Virus record (IMG/VR): IMGVR_UViG_3300042259_000065
Reading direction: 5' to 3' (one strand)
Source: a virus
Taxonomy: Duplodnaviria; Heunggongvirae; Uroviricota; Caudoviricetes
DNA: 64,000 bases
The notes below the pieces were generated by a model. That model did no database searches and was not told where the DNA came from. It saw nothing but the letters and a program-made list of their open reading frames with translations. A program made the translations under genes and the position numbers. Of this stretch, positions 9,243-17,956 are shown piece after piece (position 1 is the first letter of the stretch; each line of letters begins with the position of its first letter).

Positions 9243-10571
9243 TTATTTAATACGTTGTTTGTCTAAGATGTCTTGGTAAGAATCGGCATCCAATTTATCA
9301 AATCGTAACTTCTTGAAGATTGGGAATGTTACACTCTTCTGCTTAGTTTTAGAATTTTCACTTACCTTTTCATATTCAATTTCAACAATCTTACCAAGAA
9401 TCTCATTCTTATTCAACCAAAAGTATTCACGTTGTTCATCAGAGAATCCACTACCACAATCAGTCTTGATTTCACCATCACCAGACTCTAGTTTAATACC
9501 ACCAAGTTTACCAGAAGCTTTACCTGTACCTTCATACAAATCTACAACAAGTAAATCAGCGGGGTCTTGTTTCTTCATCTTAACACAGTGAGAAGGTTTA
9601 TCTACTGCTTTCCAAGGAGCATCCATGTCTTTGAGAATACAACCTTCAAAACCACGAATAACATAATCTTCAAAAATAGCTTTAGCTTCTTCCATAGTAA
9701 CTAGTTCTTTACGAGGAATGAGTTTAATCTTAGGAACAATACTATTCTCATCACACCATTCATGATATTGTTGCATCATACATTCTAGAGTTTCACGACG
9801 TTTATAGTTTGGAGTTTTATCCACACCTTTAGGTTCATAACATTCTGCTCGTATACAATCCCACACAAGGTAGATCGCCGAATCTTTTTCTTCAAAACTA
9901 GCCGTATCTTGTACAAACTTGTTCACAATACCATTATCTTCTCGTGCAGCTTTAGTTTCATCAAAGATGATTTCCCCCTCGAAAGCATAACCATTAAAAG
10001 CTCCACAATCAAGATGCTCTTTTAGAGGTTCCAGTGTTACTGGTTGACCACTTCGAGTCATAAAATCATCGAAGTATGCCATAAAGCTACCATCAGCTTT
10101 CTGCTCGATTGCTTTACGTTTCTTAGCAAGCTTACTGAGGTTTTCTTCATTACAACCTTTAGCTCCTTGACGTGGAGGTGTTACAATAAGATTCTTCCAA
10201 ACTTTATTGATTGTTTGTTTACCAACACCAACCTTTAGATCTTTATGTAGTACACGGATAAACAAGTCACTCATAAAGTTTGGTAATGTTGAGAGATATT
10301 CTACTACAAAAGCTTGTGCTTCATTACCAGTTTTCTTCCTAAGACGTAGTGTATCTAAAACAGCAAAGAATTCTGTCCATGAAAAACTTTCACCTGTTGG
10401 CGTAAAGTCTGGAATCTTTCTCATAAAATATTGCATTGTTGGAGAGTAAGCATACTCAAAGATTTGTTTCAATGCAGAACTTTCTTTGTGTTGCAGTAAG
10501 ATTGCTTCTTTTTCATTTTTACTCTGTGTAACAGATACCGTCTTTAAAGTATTATAAACACTCTTATCCAT
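9243..10571 (-). CDS. ATP-dependent DNA ligase
   Basis: KxDG adenylation motif (EQKADGSF). 442 aa. Confidence 0.7.
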   Translation of the reverse strand: MDKSVYNTLKTVSVTQSKNEKEAILLQHKESSALKQIFEYAYSPTMQYFMRKIPDFTPTGESFSWTEFFAVLDTLRLRKKTGNEAQAFVVEYLSTLPNFMSDLFIRVLHKDLKVGVGKQTINKVWKNLIVTPPRQGAKGCNEENLSKLAKKRKAIEQKADGSFMAYFDDFMTRSGQPVTLEPLKEHLDCGAFNGYAFEGEIIFDETKAAREDNGIVNKFVQDTASFEEKDSAIYLVWDCIRAECYEPKGVDKTPNYKRRETLECMMQQYHEWCDENSIVPKIKLIPRKELVTMEEAKAIFEDYVIRGFEGCILKDMDAPWKAVDKPSHCVKMKKQDPADLLVVDLYEGTGKASGKLGGIKLESGDGEIKTDCGSGFSDEQREYFWLNKNEILGKIVEIEYEKVSENSKTKQKSVTFPIFKKLRFDKLDADSYQDILDKQRIK

Positions 10572-10588
10572 AATTGTATTACCCTCCC

Positions 10589-10909
10589 TTAAAACTTAGG
10601 TCGTGCTTGGTAGTACACAACACCATTAACACCAATCCGAGTAACGCTTGAAAGTTTAATATCTTGATTTCGGTAGATTGAAACTTTCTTAGTTTTTGTA
10701 TCATAGCTCACAAGATAATCACAATCTTTACGGAATTGTCGTGATTCTACAGTGCCGGATGTTGATACTGTGATATTGATTAATTTACCTTGAGTGTTGC
10801 GGAAGAAATTACTATTACCCTCTTGTACCCAACCCATTTTAACAGCAACTTCTTTAGCAATTTTACGTGAAATGTTATTCGCTTCCATAATGTTTCTCCC
10901 AAATTTCAA
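10589..10909 (-). CDS. Hypothetical protein
   Basis: 106-aa ORF. Confidence 0.45.
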   Translation of the reverse strand: MKFGRNIMEANNISRKIAKEVAVKMGWVQEGNSNFFRNTQGKLINITVSTSGTVESRQFRKDCDYLVSYDTKTKKVSIYRNQDIKLSSVTRIGVNGVVYYQARPKF

Positions 10910-11687
10910 TAATTTCTGATTTAGTAAACCAACTCACTCCACCATTGACAGAAGATTTACCATATTGTTTCCAGTTAATAGCTTTAACTTGTGATATGAA
11001 TGTATCAAGTGGTGATTGCGTTGTCAAGTAATATCCTCTATTATTTTTACAAACTTCATCTGGTGATATCAGTTTTGTTGGGGCTGCACCAAACATAAAT
11101 AAGTCTGGACATTCATGTTTCTTCACAAAAGAGAACTTGTCTGTAAACTCTTTACCTTTAACCTTACGATAGTTTTGTGTGAAATCTTCCGAACATGACC
11201 AAACTTGAAAAACACAGGGTACATGATAATCTTCCCCATCAAGTAAGAAGCTATTAACAGGGAGTATCATTTCCCCTAACAGTTTCCAATTATCAGGGAA
11301 TACTTTCTGACTGGTATATTTCTCAAATACAGAAGGGAGTACAAAACCAATATAGGTACACCCCTGTTCAATACCTTTTAAGATGAACTTTTTAGTCAAT
11401 ATGTTCCTACTACCAAACGGTGGATTACCAAACATTACCCATTCACCTGAAGAAGTATGTTTATATGACAACCAATCTTGTTGTATAATGTTTTCACTCT
11501 CAGGCTTTATATCATAAGCTATACAATCTACTTGTAAAGAGAAACTACCATTGCCAGCAGACGGTTCTACCCAAAGGATGTCATCTTTAATAAAACACTT
11601 TAGGAAATCTATACATTCTTTAGCAACAGCAGGTTTAGTGTAAAATTTATCATCTTTTGACTTCTTTTTAATAGGATTCTTAGGCAA
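10875..11687 (-). CDS. DNA methyltransferase, gamma-class (N6-adenine or N4-cytosine)
   Basis: Motif X FYTKPAVA, motif I EPSAGNGSF, motif IV GNPPFG. Confidence 0.7.
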   Translation of the reverse strand: MPKNPIKKKSKDDKFYTKPAVAKECIDFLKCFIKDDILWVEPSAGNGSFSLQVDCIAYDIKPESENIIQQDWLSYKHTSSGEWVMFGNPPFGSRNILTKKFILKGIEQGCTYIGFVLPSVFEKYTSQKVFPDNWKLLGEMILPVNSFLLDGEDYHVPCVFQVWSCSEDFTQNYRKVKGKEFTDKFSFVKKHECPDLFMFGAAPTKLISPDEVCKNNRGYYLTTQSPLDTFISQVKAINWKQYGKSSVNGGVSWFTKSEIIEIWEKHYGSE

Positions 11688-11698
11688 AGTTATCTCCT

Positions 11699-11959
11699 TT
11701 ATTCATACTCAATTTCATTCTCCTGTAATAAATCTTCTAAATAATCAATACGACTTTCTGCAGATTGTAAGTCATCCTCAAGTATTGTACACTTCTCCTC
11801 GAGTTCGTAAATAGCATTGGAACGTACTCTTTCTTCAAAGTCAGACAGCATATATTCAAGCTGTTCACCATCTCTGAAGTTAATCTCTGTGATATACTCA
11901 AATATAACGTCATGGATGAAATCTTCGATAGTTTTGCCAATAAGTTTAGATTGTATCAT
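11699..11959 (-). CDS. Hypothetical acidic protein
   Basis: 86-aa ORF. Confidence 0.4.
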   Translation of the reverse strand: MIQSKLIGKTIEDFIHDVIFEYITEINFRDGEQLEYMLSDFEERVRSNAIYELEEKCTILEDDLQSAESRIDYLEDLLQENEIEYE

Positions 11960-12217
11960 TTAACTATCCATCATTTTAAAAGCATGTTCAACATCTTCAA
12001 AGAAAGTATCAGGACTTCCGTCCATAAAAGTTTCATTCTCCCAATCTTCAAACTGCTGAACAGAATAATTCTCCTTGACAATAAAAGCAAGGAATACTGG
12101 CAAAAAGAAACTATTTGTTACAAGATTAATAAATCCTTGAGCTGAACCTTTTGTTGGCAAAGTACCTTGTTTACAGAAGTCACAATATAGGTGACAAAGT
12201 GTTGTTGTATTAAGCAT
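11960..12217 (-). CDS. Hypothetical small membrane protein
   Basis: 85-aa ORF with a hydrophobic segment (FFLPVFLAFIV). Confidence 0.4.
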   Translation of the reverse strand: MLNTTTLCHLYCDFCKQGTLPTKGSAQGFINLVTNSFFLPVFLAFIVKENYSVQQFEDWENETFMDGSPDTFFEDVEHAFKMMDS

Positions 12218-12273
12218 TGTGTTCTCCTATTAAAATAAAAGCCCTATCCTTTTACAGATAGAGCCATTGTACA

Positions 12274-13149
12274 TTATTCTTCTACAGTGTCAAGTGTTTC
12301 TAAGATACGAGAGCGAAGTTTTTCGATTCCGATATTATGTGAATATTTAACTGATAAAGTATCAGCAAGAGATTTCAACATAGACAGATCTTGTGTGGTT
12401 TTGATAACTTCACAATCTACAGGTAGTTCATTATCGTCACCAAAGATTGAATCAAATTCTTCATCTTCCATTTCACCTGTAATTAAACGAATCAAGGTAG
12501 ATTTATCTAGAGTTTCCAATTTGTCTTTAGGTAGTGATTCTGCGAACATAGCTTCAAGTTCTTGTTCAAGATTTTTCTCATCTTCTTCCATACGTTCGAT
12601 AGCTTCAACATCAGTAGTTACAATAGTACATTCTTCACTAACACTGTTTGTAAAGTAACTAGCTGTTTGGATAGCCTTCTGAAGAACATAAGCAGGGTCA
12701 AAATCATTATCTTCAGTAAGAACTTTAAGTGCTGCGTCTGCATGGTAAGAGCCACTACCAATTGAAGCAAAATCTTCATTCTTCAAAATACTGAAATTAG
12801 GTTGCATTTCATATAGACCTCCACGATAACCAATTAAGAAGTTACCACCTTGGTGCTCACCTTCTCGGAATTCCCCAACCCCATAGTTAGATAGTGTTGT
12901 TCGGAAACTTTCAATGACATCCAGTTGAAGGTACTCTCGATCAGTCATACCTTCCATACGTGGTGGTTGCTCCCAGTTATATTGGAGAATTTGACCTACA
13001 CGGAAAGATCCACAATATCCAAAAATGAATTCACCGTTTTGGAACACTTTAGTATCAGGGTATACCTTATGAGTATAGCCATTCGACCCCATCAAGTCAC
13101 CTGCCATCCAAACATGACCTTCTTTAATTACACCTACAATACAAGTCAT
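12274..13149 (-). CDS. HslV-like Ntn-hydrolase peptidase with an acidic C-terminal extension
   Basis: MTCIVGVIKEGHVWMAGD matches HslV MTTIVSVRRNGHVVIAGD, and FASIGSGSYHADAALKVL matches IAIGSGGPYAQAAARALL. 291 aa versus ~176 aa for HslV. Confidence 0.7.
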   Translation of the reverse strand: MTCIVGVIKEGHVWMAGDLMGSNGYTHKVYPDTKVFQNGEFIFGYCGSFRVGQILQYNWEQPPRMEGMTDREYLQLDVIESFRTTLSNYGVGEFREGEHQGGNFLIGYRGGLYEMQPNFSILKNEDFASIGSGSYHADAALKVLTEDNDFDPAYVLQKAIQTASYFTNSVSEECTIVTTDVEAIERMEEDEKNLEQELEAMFAESLPKDKLETLDKSTLIRLITGEMEDEEFDSIFGDDNELPVDCEVIKTTQDLSMLKSLADTLSVKYSHNIGIEKLRSRILETLDTVEE

Positions 13150-13164
13150 AAACCTCTCCTCTAT

Positions 13165-13626
13165 TCATTCATACTCAATTTCATCAATAACGAAATCCAT
13201 TTCCATATAATACTCTTTGTTATCCAAAACTCTGTCAATTGCAAGAAGTTCCCACAATTCTGCCATAACATGAAAATCTTCAGAACGTGAACCTACTGCT
13301 TTGATATTTAGAATCTTCCGCAAATCTTGAATATCTTTGAAAGCATCAACAATTTGTTTCTTGCAAGGAAAGTGTACGTAGTCTGGAAGATTCATTACAT
13401 CTTTTGCACTTGTGCAAGAAATAGCTTCTGATTCTGAAAAGGTTAATTCACGTTTATGAAAGATTCGTGTTACAAAAGAGTCATTCTCTTTGAGAAGGTC
13501 ATTCTCATACTGCTTTGCAAATTCAGCCACTTTCTGATTAAGTTTAGGTTCCAAATCATCAGGGTGTGGATAATTGTTATCAAGTAGATTCTTAATTTTC
13601 CAAGTTTTAACAAGACCAGATGCCAT
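13165..13626 (-). CDS. Hypothetical protein
   Basis: 153-aa ORF with its own TTGACA-16-TATACT promoter-like sequence and an AAAGAGGAG RBS upstream. Confidence 0.5.
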   Translation of the reverse strand: MASGLVKTWKIKNLLDNNYPHPDDLEPKLNQKVAEFAKQYENDLLKENDSFVTRIFHKRELTFSESEAISCTSAKDVMNLPDYVHFPCKKQIVDAFKDIQDLRKILNIKAVGSRSEDFHVMAELWELLAIDRVLDNKEYYMEMDFVIDEIEYE

Positions 13627-13691
13627 AATATTACTCCTCTTTGGTTGAATTCAGTTTTGAGTATATAGCATCTGGAAATGTTGTCAAGGGG

Positions 13692-14168
13692 TTATTTTAG
13701 GTTTACAATAAAACTCTCTATATTATCAAACAATATAGTGTCTACGTCTGAAAATCGTTGACGTAATTCTAACAACTTACCTATCTTAAATGTTTTATAG
13801 GCATTAAGAGCATCTTCTTCATTAATATAAGTACCTAAGTAAGTTTGTCGCTTCTTTCCGTTCGAACACACCTCACCATTCTGGCATTGTGCAATCCACT
13901 TACCTTTGCTCTTACTGTAATGAATACCTCTTTTCAACCCTCCAGTTAGGAATGAATTTAGTTCAACAGGTATGAATGTGCAGGTTTCAGGTGAATACAC
14001 TTTAGTGCCCATAACTTTTAAGTCTTTATCTAAACGATAACCTTCTATATGGTACTTATAATACCATTCTGCAAATGTCTGGTAATTATGCCACTCTTTA
14101 CACACCTCCACATCCTTATAAAATTTAGCTATATCCTTGTTTTTAGGGGCATAACACCTTTTGATCAT
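13692..14168 (-). CDS. Homing-endonuclease-like protein with AP2-type DNA-binding domain
   Basis: N-terminal RCYAPKNKDIAKFYKDVEVCKEWHNYQTFAEWY block, then an AP2-like segment (GIHYSKSKGKWIAQ...YLGTYINEEDALNAY). It is a paralog of 45236..45880. Confidence 0.5.
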   Translation of the reverse strand: MIKRCYAPKNKDIAKFYKDVEVCKEWHNYQTFAEWYYKYHIEGYRLDKDLKVMGTKVYSPETCTFIPVELNSFLTGGLKRGIHYSKSKGKWIAQCQNGEVCSNGKKRQTYLGTYINEEDALNAYKTFKIGKLLELRQRFSDVDTILFDNIESFIVNLK

Positions 14169-14632
14169 ATCTAACCAAGTCTGATAACAAGTAACGTCTT
14201 TTCCCCTAGACCCATAGATACCTTCACCAAAGTAACCAACCCCACCTATTGCGGGATTATATAGGTCTTTTATGGAGCCATTCCTAACTTCCTTGGAAGT
14301 AGTTAACCTAGTAGACCCTGAATCTGAGAACCTTATTAAGAGTTTTGTAGGTTCTTTACCATTACGGACGTAATCAATTACGGTTAGTTATAGCCCTTCC
14401 TTATTCTTAAAGGTACTACCTCGGATGGGGAGAGACCTACAACCGCAGGTCTCAGTATTACCACTAGTCAGATAATTCAGAGGGATTTCTATTGTTTCAG
14501 GGTTCCACAGGCACATGAACATCTGACCAACCTACCACCACGTTCATTTGTTTTACAGCAATCTTCTAGAATAGTTAATCTTCCATAAGTCTTACCTATA
14601 TAATCGTCTATATTTAATTTAGCAGGCATATT

Positions 14633-15391
14633 TCAATAACCACCCTCTTTAGCTAAGGCTAATGCTACCTCTCGTACAAAACCCCCACGAACGATATCCT
14701 CTGGGTCATTAAACTCTACAAACCCAACACCCGATAGATTGTGTTCCTTGGCAAAACGTTTAAACCATGCCAAACCTGACTCACCTTTAATGTCACGCTG
14801 ACTATCATCTCCGCACAAAACTAAGGTACAATTATCTGAAACTCGGGTGATGATACTTAACATCTCCTCTGGGGTGGACTGTTGAGCCTCATCGATGATA
14901 AGGAAACAGGGGTCATCAAAACTTCGACCACGGATATCTTCTAATGCTTGAACCTCAATCTGTCCTGTCATACCATCTTTCAGTGCATTATAGTAAGCGC
15001 CGTCACCAATACGTTGACGAACAGTATCTAGAATATTACGTACATAAGGATATAATTTATCTAAGGTGTTTCCTGGACGGAACCCAGCGGTCTTACCTGT
15101 CTGTACGTAAGGACGAGCCACAATAATCTTCTCAATTTCACCTTTACGAAGTTTATCCCCCGCAGTAACTGCGGCACAAAAACTTTTACCTGTACCAAAT
15201 AAGCCTTCACTACAAATTACATTGCAAGTCTCTAAGATACTAAAGTAGTGTTTTTGTTTAGCATTCTTAGCTTGGATTGGTGGTGGGTTATTACGCTGTT
15301 CTTGAAATTTAGGTTTAATCACTCTACCCATCTCCTCTTTCTTCTCCAAACGAGCATCAATTACTTTGTCACGGTTACGTTTACCAGCCAT
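14633..15391 (-). CDS. phoH: PhoH-like ATPase
   Basis: Walker A GLFGTGKSF and the characteristic PhoH-length layout; 252 aa. Confidence 0.7.
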   Translation of the reverse strand: MAGKRNRDKVIDARLEKKEEMGRVIKPKFQEQRNNPPPIQAKNAKQKHYFSILETCNVICSEGLFGTGKSFCAAVTAGDKLRKGEIEKIIVARPYVQTGKTAGFRPGNTLDKLYPYVRNILDTVRQRIGDGAYYNALKDGMTGQIEVQALEDIRGRSFDDPCFLIIDEAQQSTPEEMLSIITRVSDNCTLVLCGDDSQRDIKGESGLAWFKRFAKEHNLSGVGFVEFNDPEDIVRGGFVREVALALAKEGGY

Positions 15392-15417
15392 ATATACACA
15401 ACTCCTTGTTGCTTTAT

Positions 15418-15828
15418 TTAAAGACGTTCGATTGTAATCAAACCAGTTTCTTCTACAAGAGATAGAAGTTCTTTCAAAGTAGCACCACTACTTGTCACAT
15501 CAGGGATACCATCTCCATTAATATCTGCAATAGTTTTACCTACAAGCATACAACCTACTACGTCAGAAGTGTAATTACCTTTGTGAACTTGAATATATTT
15601 ACGATTTGGTACATTCTTCAGTTCGAGCACTTCTCCATTTGAAGGTGATACCCGTTTGAAGTATTCATAAGTTCCTGCGGGAATACAACTTATATTTGAA
15701 GTATTACCCTTATCTGGGAGTTCTAATGTGAAGCAACGGAAATCACTTCCTTCAATATTCATTACACCAAGAGTACAATCCTCTTGACGAATGGTTTTCA
15801 CTTTAATATGAGTCATATCACCTCTCAT
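15418..15828 (-). CDS. Hypothetical protein
   Basis: 136-aa ORF. Confidence 0.5.
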   Translation of the reverse strand: MRGDMTHIKVKTIRQEDCTLGVMNIEGSDFRCFTLELPDKGNTSNISCIPAGTYEYFKRVSPSNGEVLELKNVPNRKYIQVHKGNYTSDVVGCMLVGKTIADINGDGIPDVTSSGATLKELLSLVEETGLITIERL

Positions 15829-15991
15829 TGCTTAGTAAACAAATAATCACCTTTCGGTAAATTCAATCTCATAACAACATACCTTGTTAACATTTGCTTG
15901 CACATTCCATCTGCTGGGCAGATAAAAGATACTTGTTCTTGTGTAGAAAGGTTTGTTGCTACAAGAGTGTCTCCTTTGTTGAAACGAAGTT

Positions 15992-16483
15992 TCATGAGGA
16001 TTTTTCTACAAATAGTAGGTTGAATGAAAGTTCTTTACCTTCGATACCAAATCCACTACAAGCTACAAATTCTTGTTCATAGTCATAATAACAATGATCA
16101 TAATGTGCAGAAAAGAATCCTTCACCGTAAACAGGCAACTCTTTCGACAAAAACTTTTTCTGTTCTTCTGATAGCTTGTTAAGAACAAAGTAATCACCTT
16201 TTTGGATTATATAATCCGAACGTACTAGATTGTCGAAACTGGATTCTTCTTCTGCATCTACTTTTGATGGAAGCAATTCTTCACGAGAGGGTTCTGGGTA
16301 GAAGAAAGATGAATTGATATCAACATCCTTATTACCAACACGAACAGTGTAAGTGGTTGAAGAAATTTCTTGACTATCTTTGGTAATATATCCAATGACT
16401 ATATAATCTTTGTCGTGCTCAAGAACTCCAGCCCACACATCAAAAATATCGTTATATTTATTGAAAGTAACATACTTTTTCAT
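15992..16483 (-). CDS. Hypothetical protein
   Basis: 163-aa ORF. Confidence 0.5.
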   Translation of the reverse strand: MKKYVTFNKYNDIFDVWAGVLEHDKDYIVIGYITKDSQEISSTTYTVRVGNKDVDINSSFFYPEPSREELLPSKVDAEEESSFDNLVRSDYIIQKGDYFVLNKLSEEQKKFLSKELPVYGEGFFSAHYDHCYYDYEQEFVACSGFGIEGKELSFNLLFVEKSS

Positions 16484-16543
16484 AAAATCTCCTTTGGTTA
16501 AGTGATGAACTCCTTTTCATCATAGGTTATGAGTTTGGTTGTG

Positions 16544-17911
16544 TCAAGAATATTTTGCAATAAAACTTGTACAATCTCCGTGATAGTTACCCTCTGAATC
16601 AAACACCTGTGGAACAGTCTTAAGGCCTTTGCCAAGAAGATATTCTTTGTGTTCTGGATTACTAACAACATCTTTCTGTACATAGTCAACACCTTTACTA
16701 CCGAGAAAATCTTTAAGTTTAGTACAGAAGGGACAATCTGGTTTTGTATAGATGGTGAGATTATGTAAATCACTAAGCTCATACTTAACCAAGACTTCCC
16801 CATCACCCATGTCAAAAATATCCAAATCTGAGAAATCTATATTCTCTGCTTCTCTGCTCACTGAACTAACCATATAGTTAGTGGCATCTGACTCCATATT
16901 AGCATTTTGCTGGCTATTCAAATCCATCCAATCAGTCTCAAACCAAGGCAAAGGACAAGTAACTGTTTTACGGAAGGGTTGGTCGAATTCGAGATTATCA
17001 TATACATCTTGAGCACAGTATCGTGTCCAGTCATTTAAGATCCCTTCGTTCAAACCAACCAAAGAACGTCCACTACTGAACAAATACTTGTTCCAACTTA
17101 ACTCTTGTTTAACCACACCAGATACAATATCCGTCAGTTCTTGTTTATAATCTTCAAAAATATAATCAAAGTCTTTTGACTCTTTTAAAATACTAAGTGC
17201 GTACCTCTGAGTCTCAAAATGAATCATCTCATCAATAAGAATTTTCTGAACTAACCGTGCCATACCAACAAAATATTCCTGTTCTGCTAGTGCAAACGTA
17301 CAAGCGAAACTAGACATAAAACTAATGCGTTCTAAAGCATAAATTGCAACTAAACCTTTAATAACATAGGGTTTAGCTTCTTCACTTGTAATTAAACCTA
17401 ATGTATACTTCGCACCAACCTCTTTTAAATCCGCTAAAGCTTTACTGACAACTGAACTACGTTCAAGGACTTGTTCATGCTTAAACACCATATCAAAAAT
17501 TTCTTGAGGATCTGGTACACACTGCCTAACAATATTAGAATAAGTAACGGAATGTAGATTCTCATTCTCACCAATACGTGCAATCACATGACCATATTCA
17601 CTATTTGTAACAAAAGGTGCTAGTAATGTTGGAATACTTGTTGCAATGGAATCTAAACTCCATTGGTAAGCCAAATTAAATAAACTAAGGTTACGGGTGT
17701 TTATATCACAACGTAGTAAATCCATACGGGTTTGCGTTAAGTCTACATCATTCTCAGACCAATCTAATTGCTTAAGCTTTTCCATTAGCTCATAGAAATA
17801 AGGGTATGGTTGGTTAATACTATCATATAAACTTGGCTCTTGTCCAAAGAAGATTGGATAATCCCCTGTTTTATGGGCAGTACTTTTCTGGTTAAAAACT
17901 GTAATTGTCAA
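16544..17911 (-). CDS. nrdB: Ribonucleotide reductase small subunit (R2) fused to a C-terminal glutaredoxin domain
   Basis: Ferritin-like R2 blocks (ALERISFMSSFACTF; LIDEMIHFE). The last ~85 aa carry CPFC...TVPQVF glutaredoxin motifs. The internal ORF 16498..16815 is judged spurious. Confidence 0.8.
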   Translation of the reverse strand: MTITVFNQKSTAHKTGDYPIFFGQEPSLYDSINQPYPYFYELMEKLKQLDWSENDVDLTQTRMDLLRCDINTRNLSLFNLAYQWSLDSIATSIPTLLAPFVTNSEYGHVIARIGENENLHSVTYSNIVRQCVPDPQEIFDMVFKHEQVLERSSVVSKALADLKEVGAKYTLGLITSEEAKPYVIKGLVAIYALERISFMSSFACTFALAEQEYFVGMARLVQKILIDEMIHFETQRYALSILKESKDFDYIFEDYKQELTDIVSGVVKQELSWNKYLFSSGRSLVGLNEGILNDWTRYCAQDVYDNLEFDQPFRKTVTCPLPWFETDWMDLNSQQNANMESDATNYMVSSVSREAENIDFSDLDIFDMGDGEVLVKYELSDLHNLTIYTKPDCPFCTKLKDFLGSKGVDYVQKDVVSNPEHKEYLLGKGLKTVPQVFDSEGNYHGDCTSFIAKYS

Positions 17912-17956
17912 TTAATTTTCTCCTTATAAAAGCACATCCTTGTGCAAAACAATGTA

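Noticed and set aside
14169-14640. Group I intron splitting phoH, with the endonuclease gene as the intron ORF
   Set aside because: The phoH ORF ends at a TGA with a plausible full-length product. The next downstream ORF (13165..13626) has its own TTGACA/TATACT promoter-like sequence and an AAAGAGGAG RBS, so it is not a second exon. The region is kept only as a structured non-coding island.
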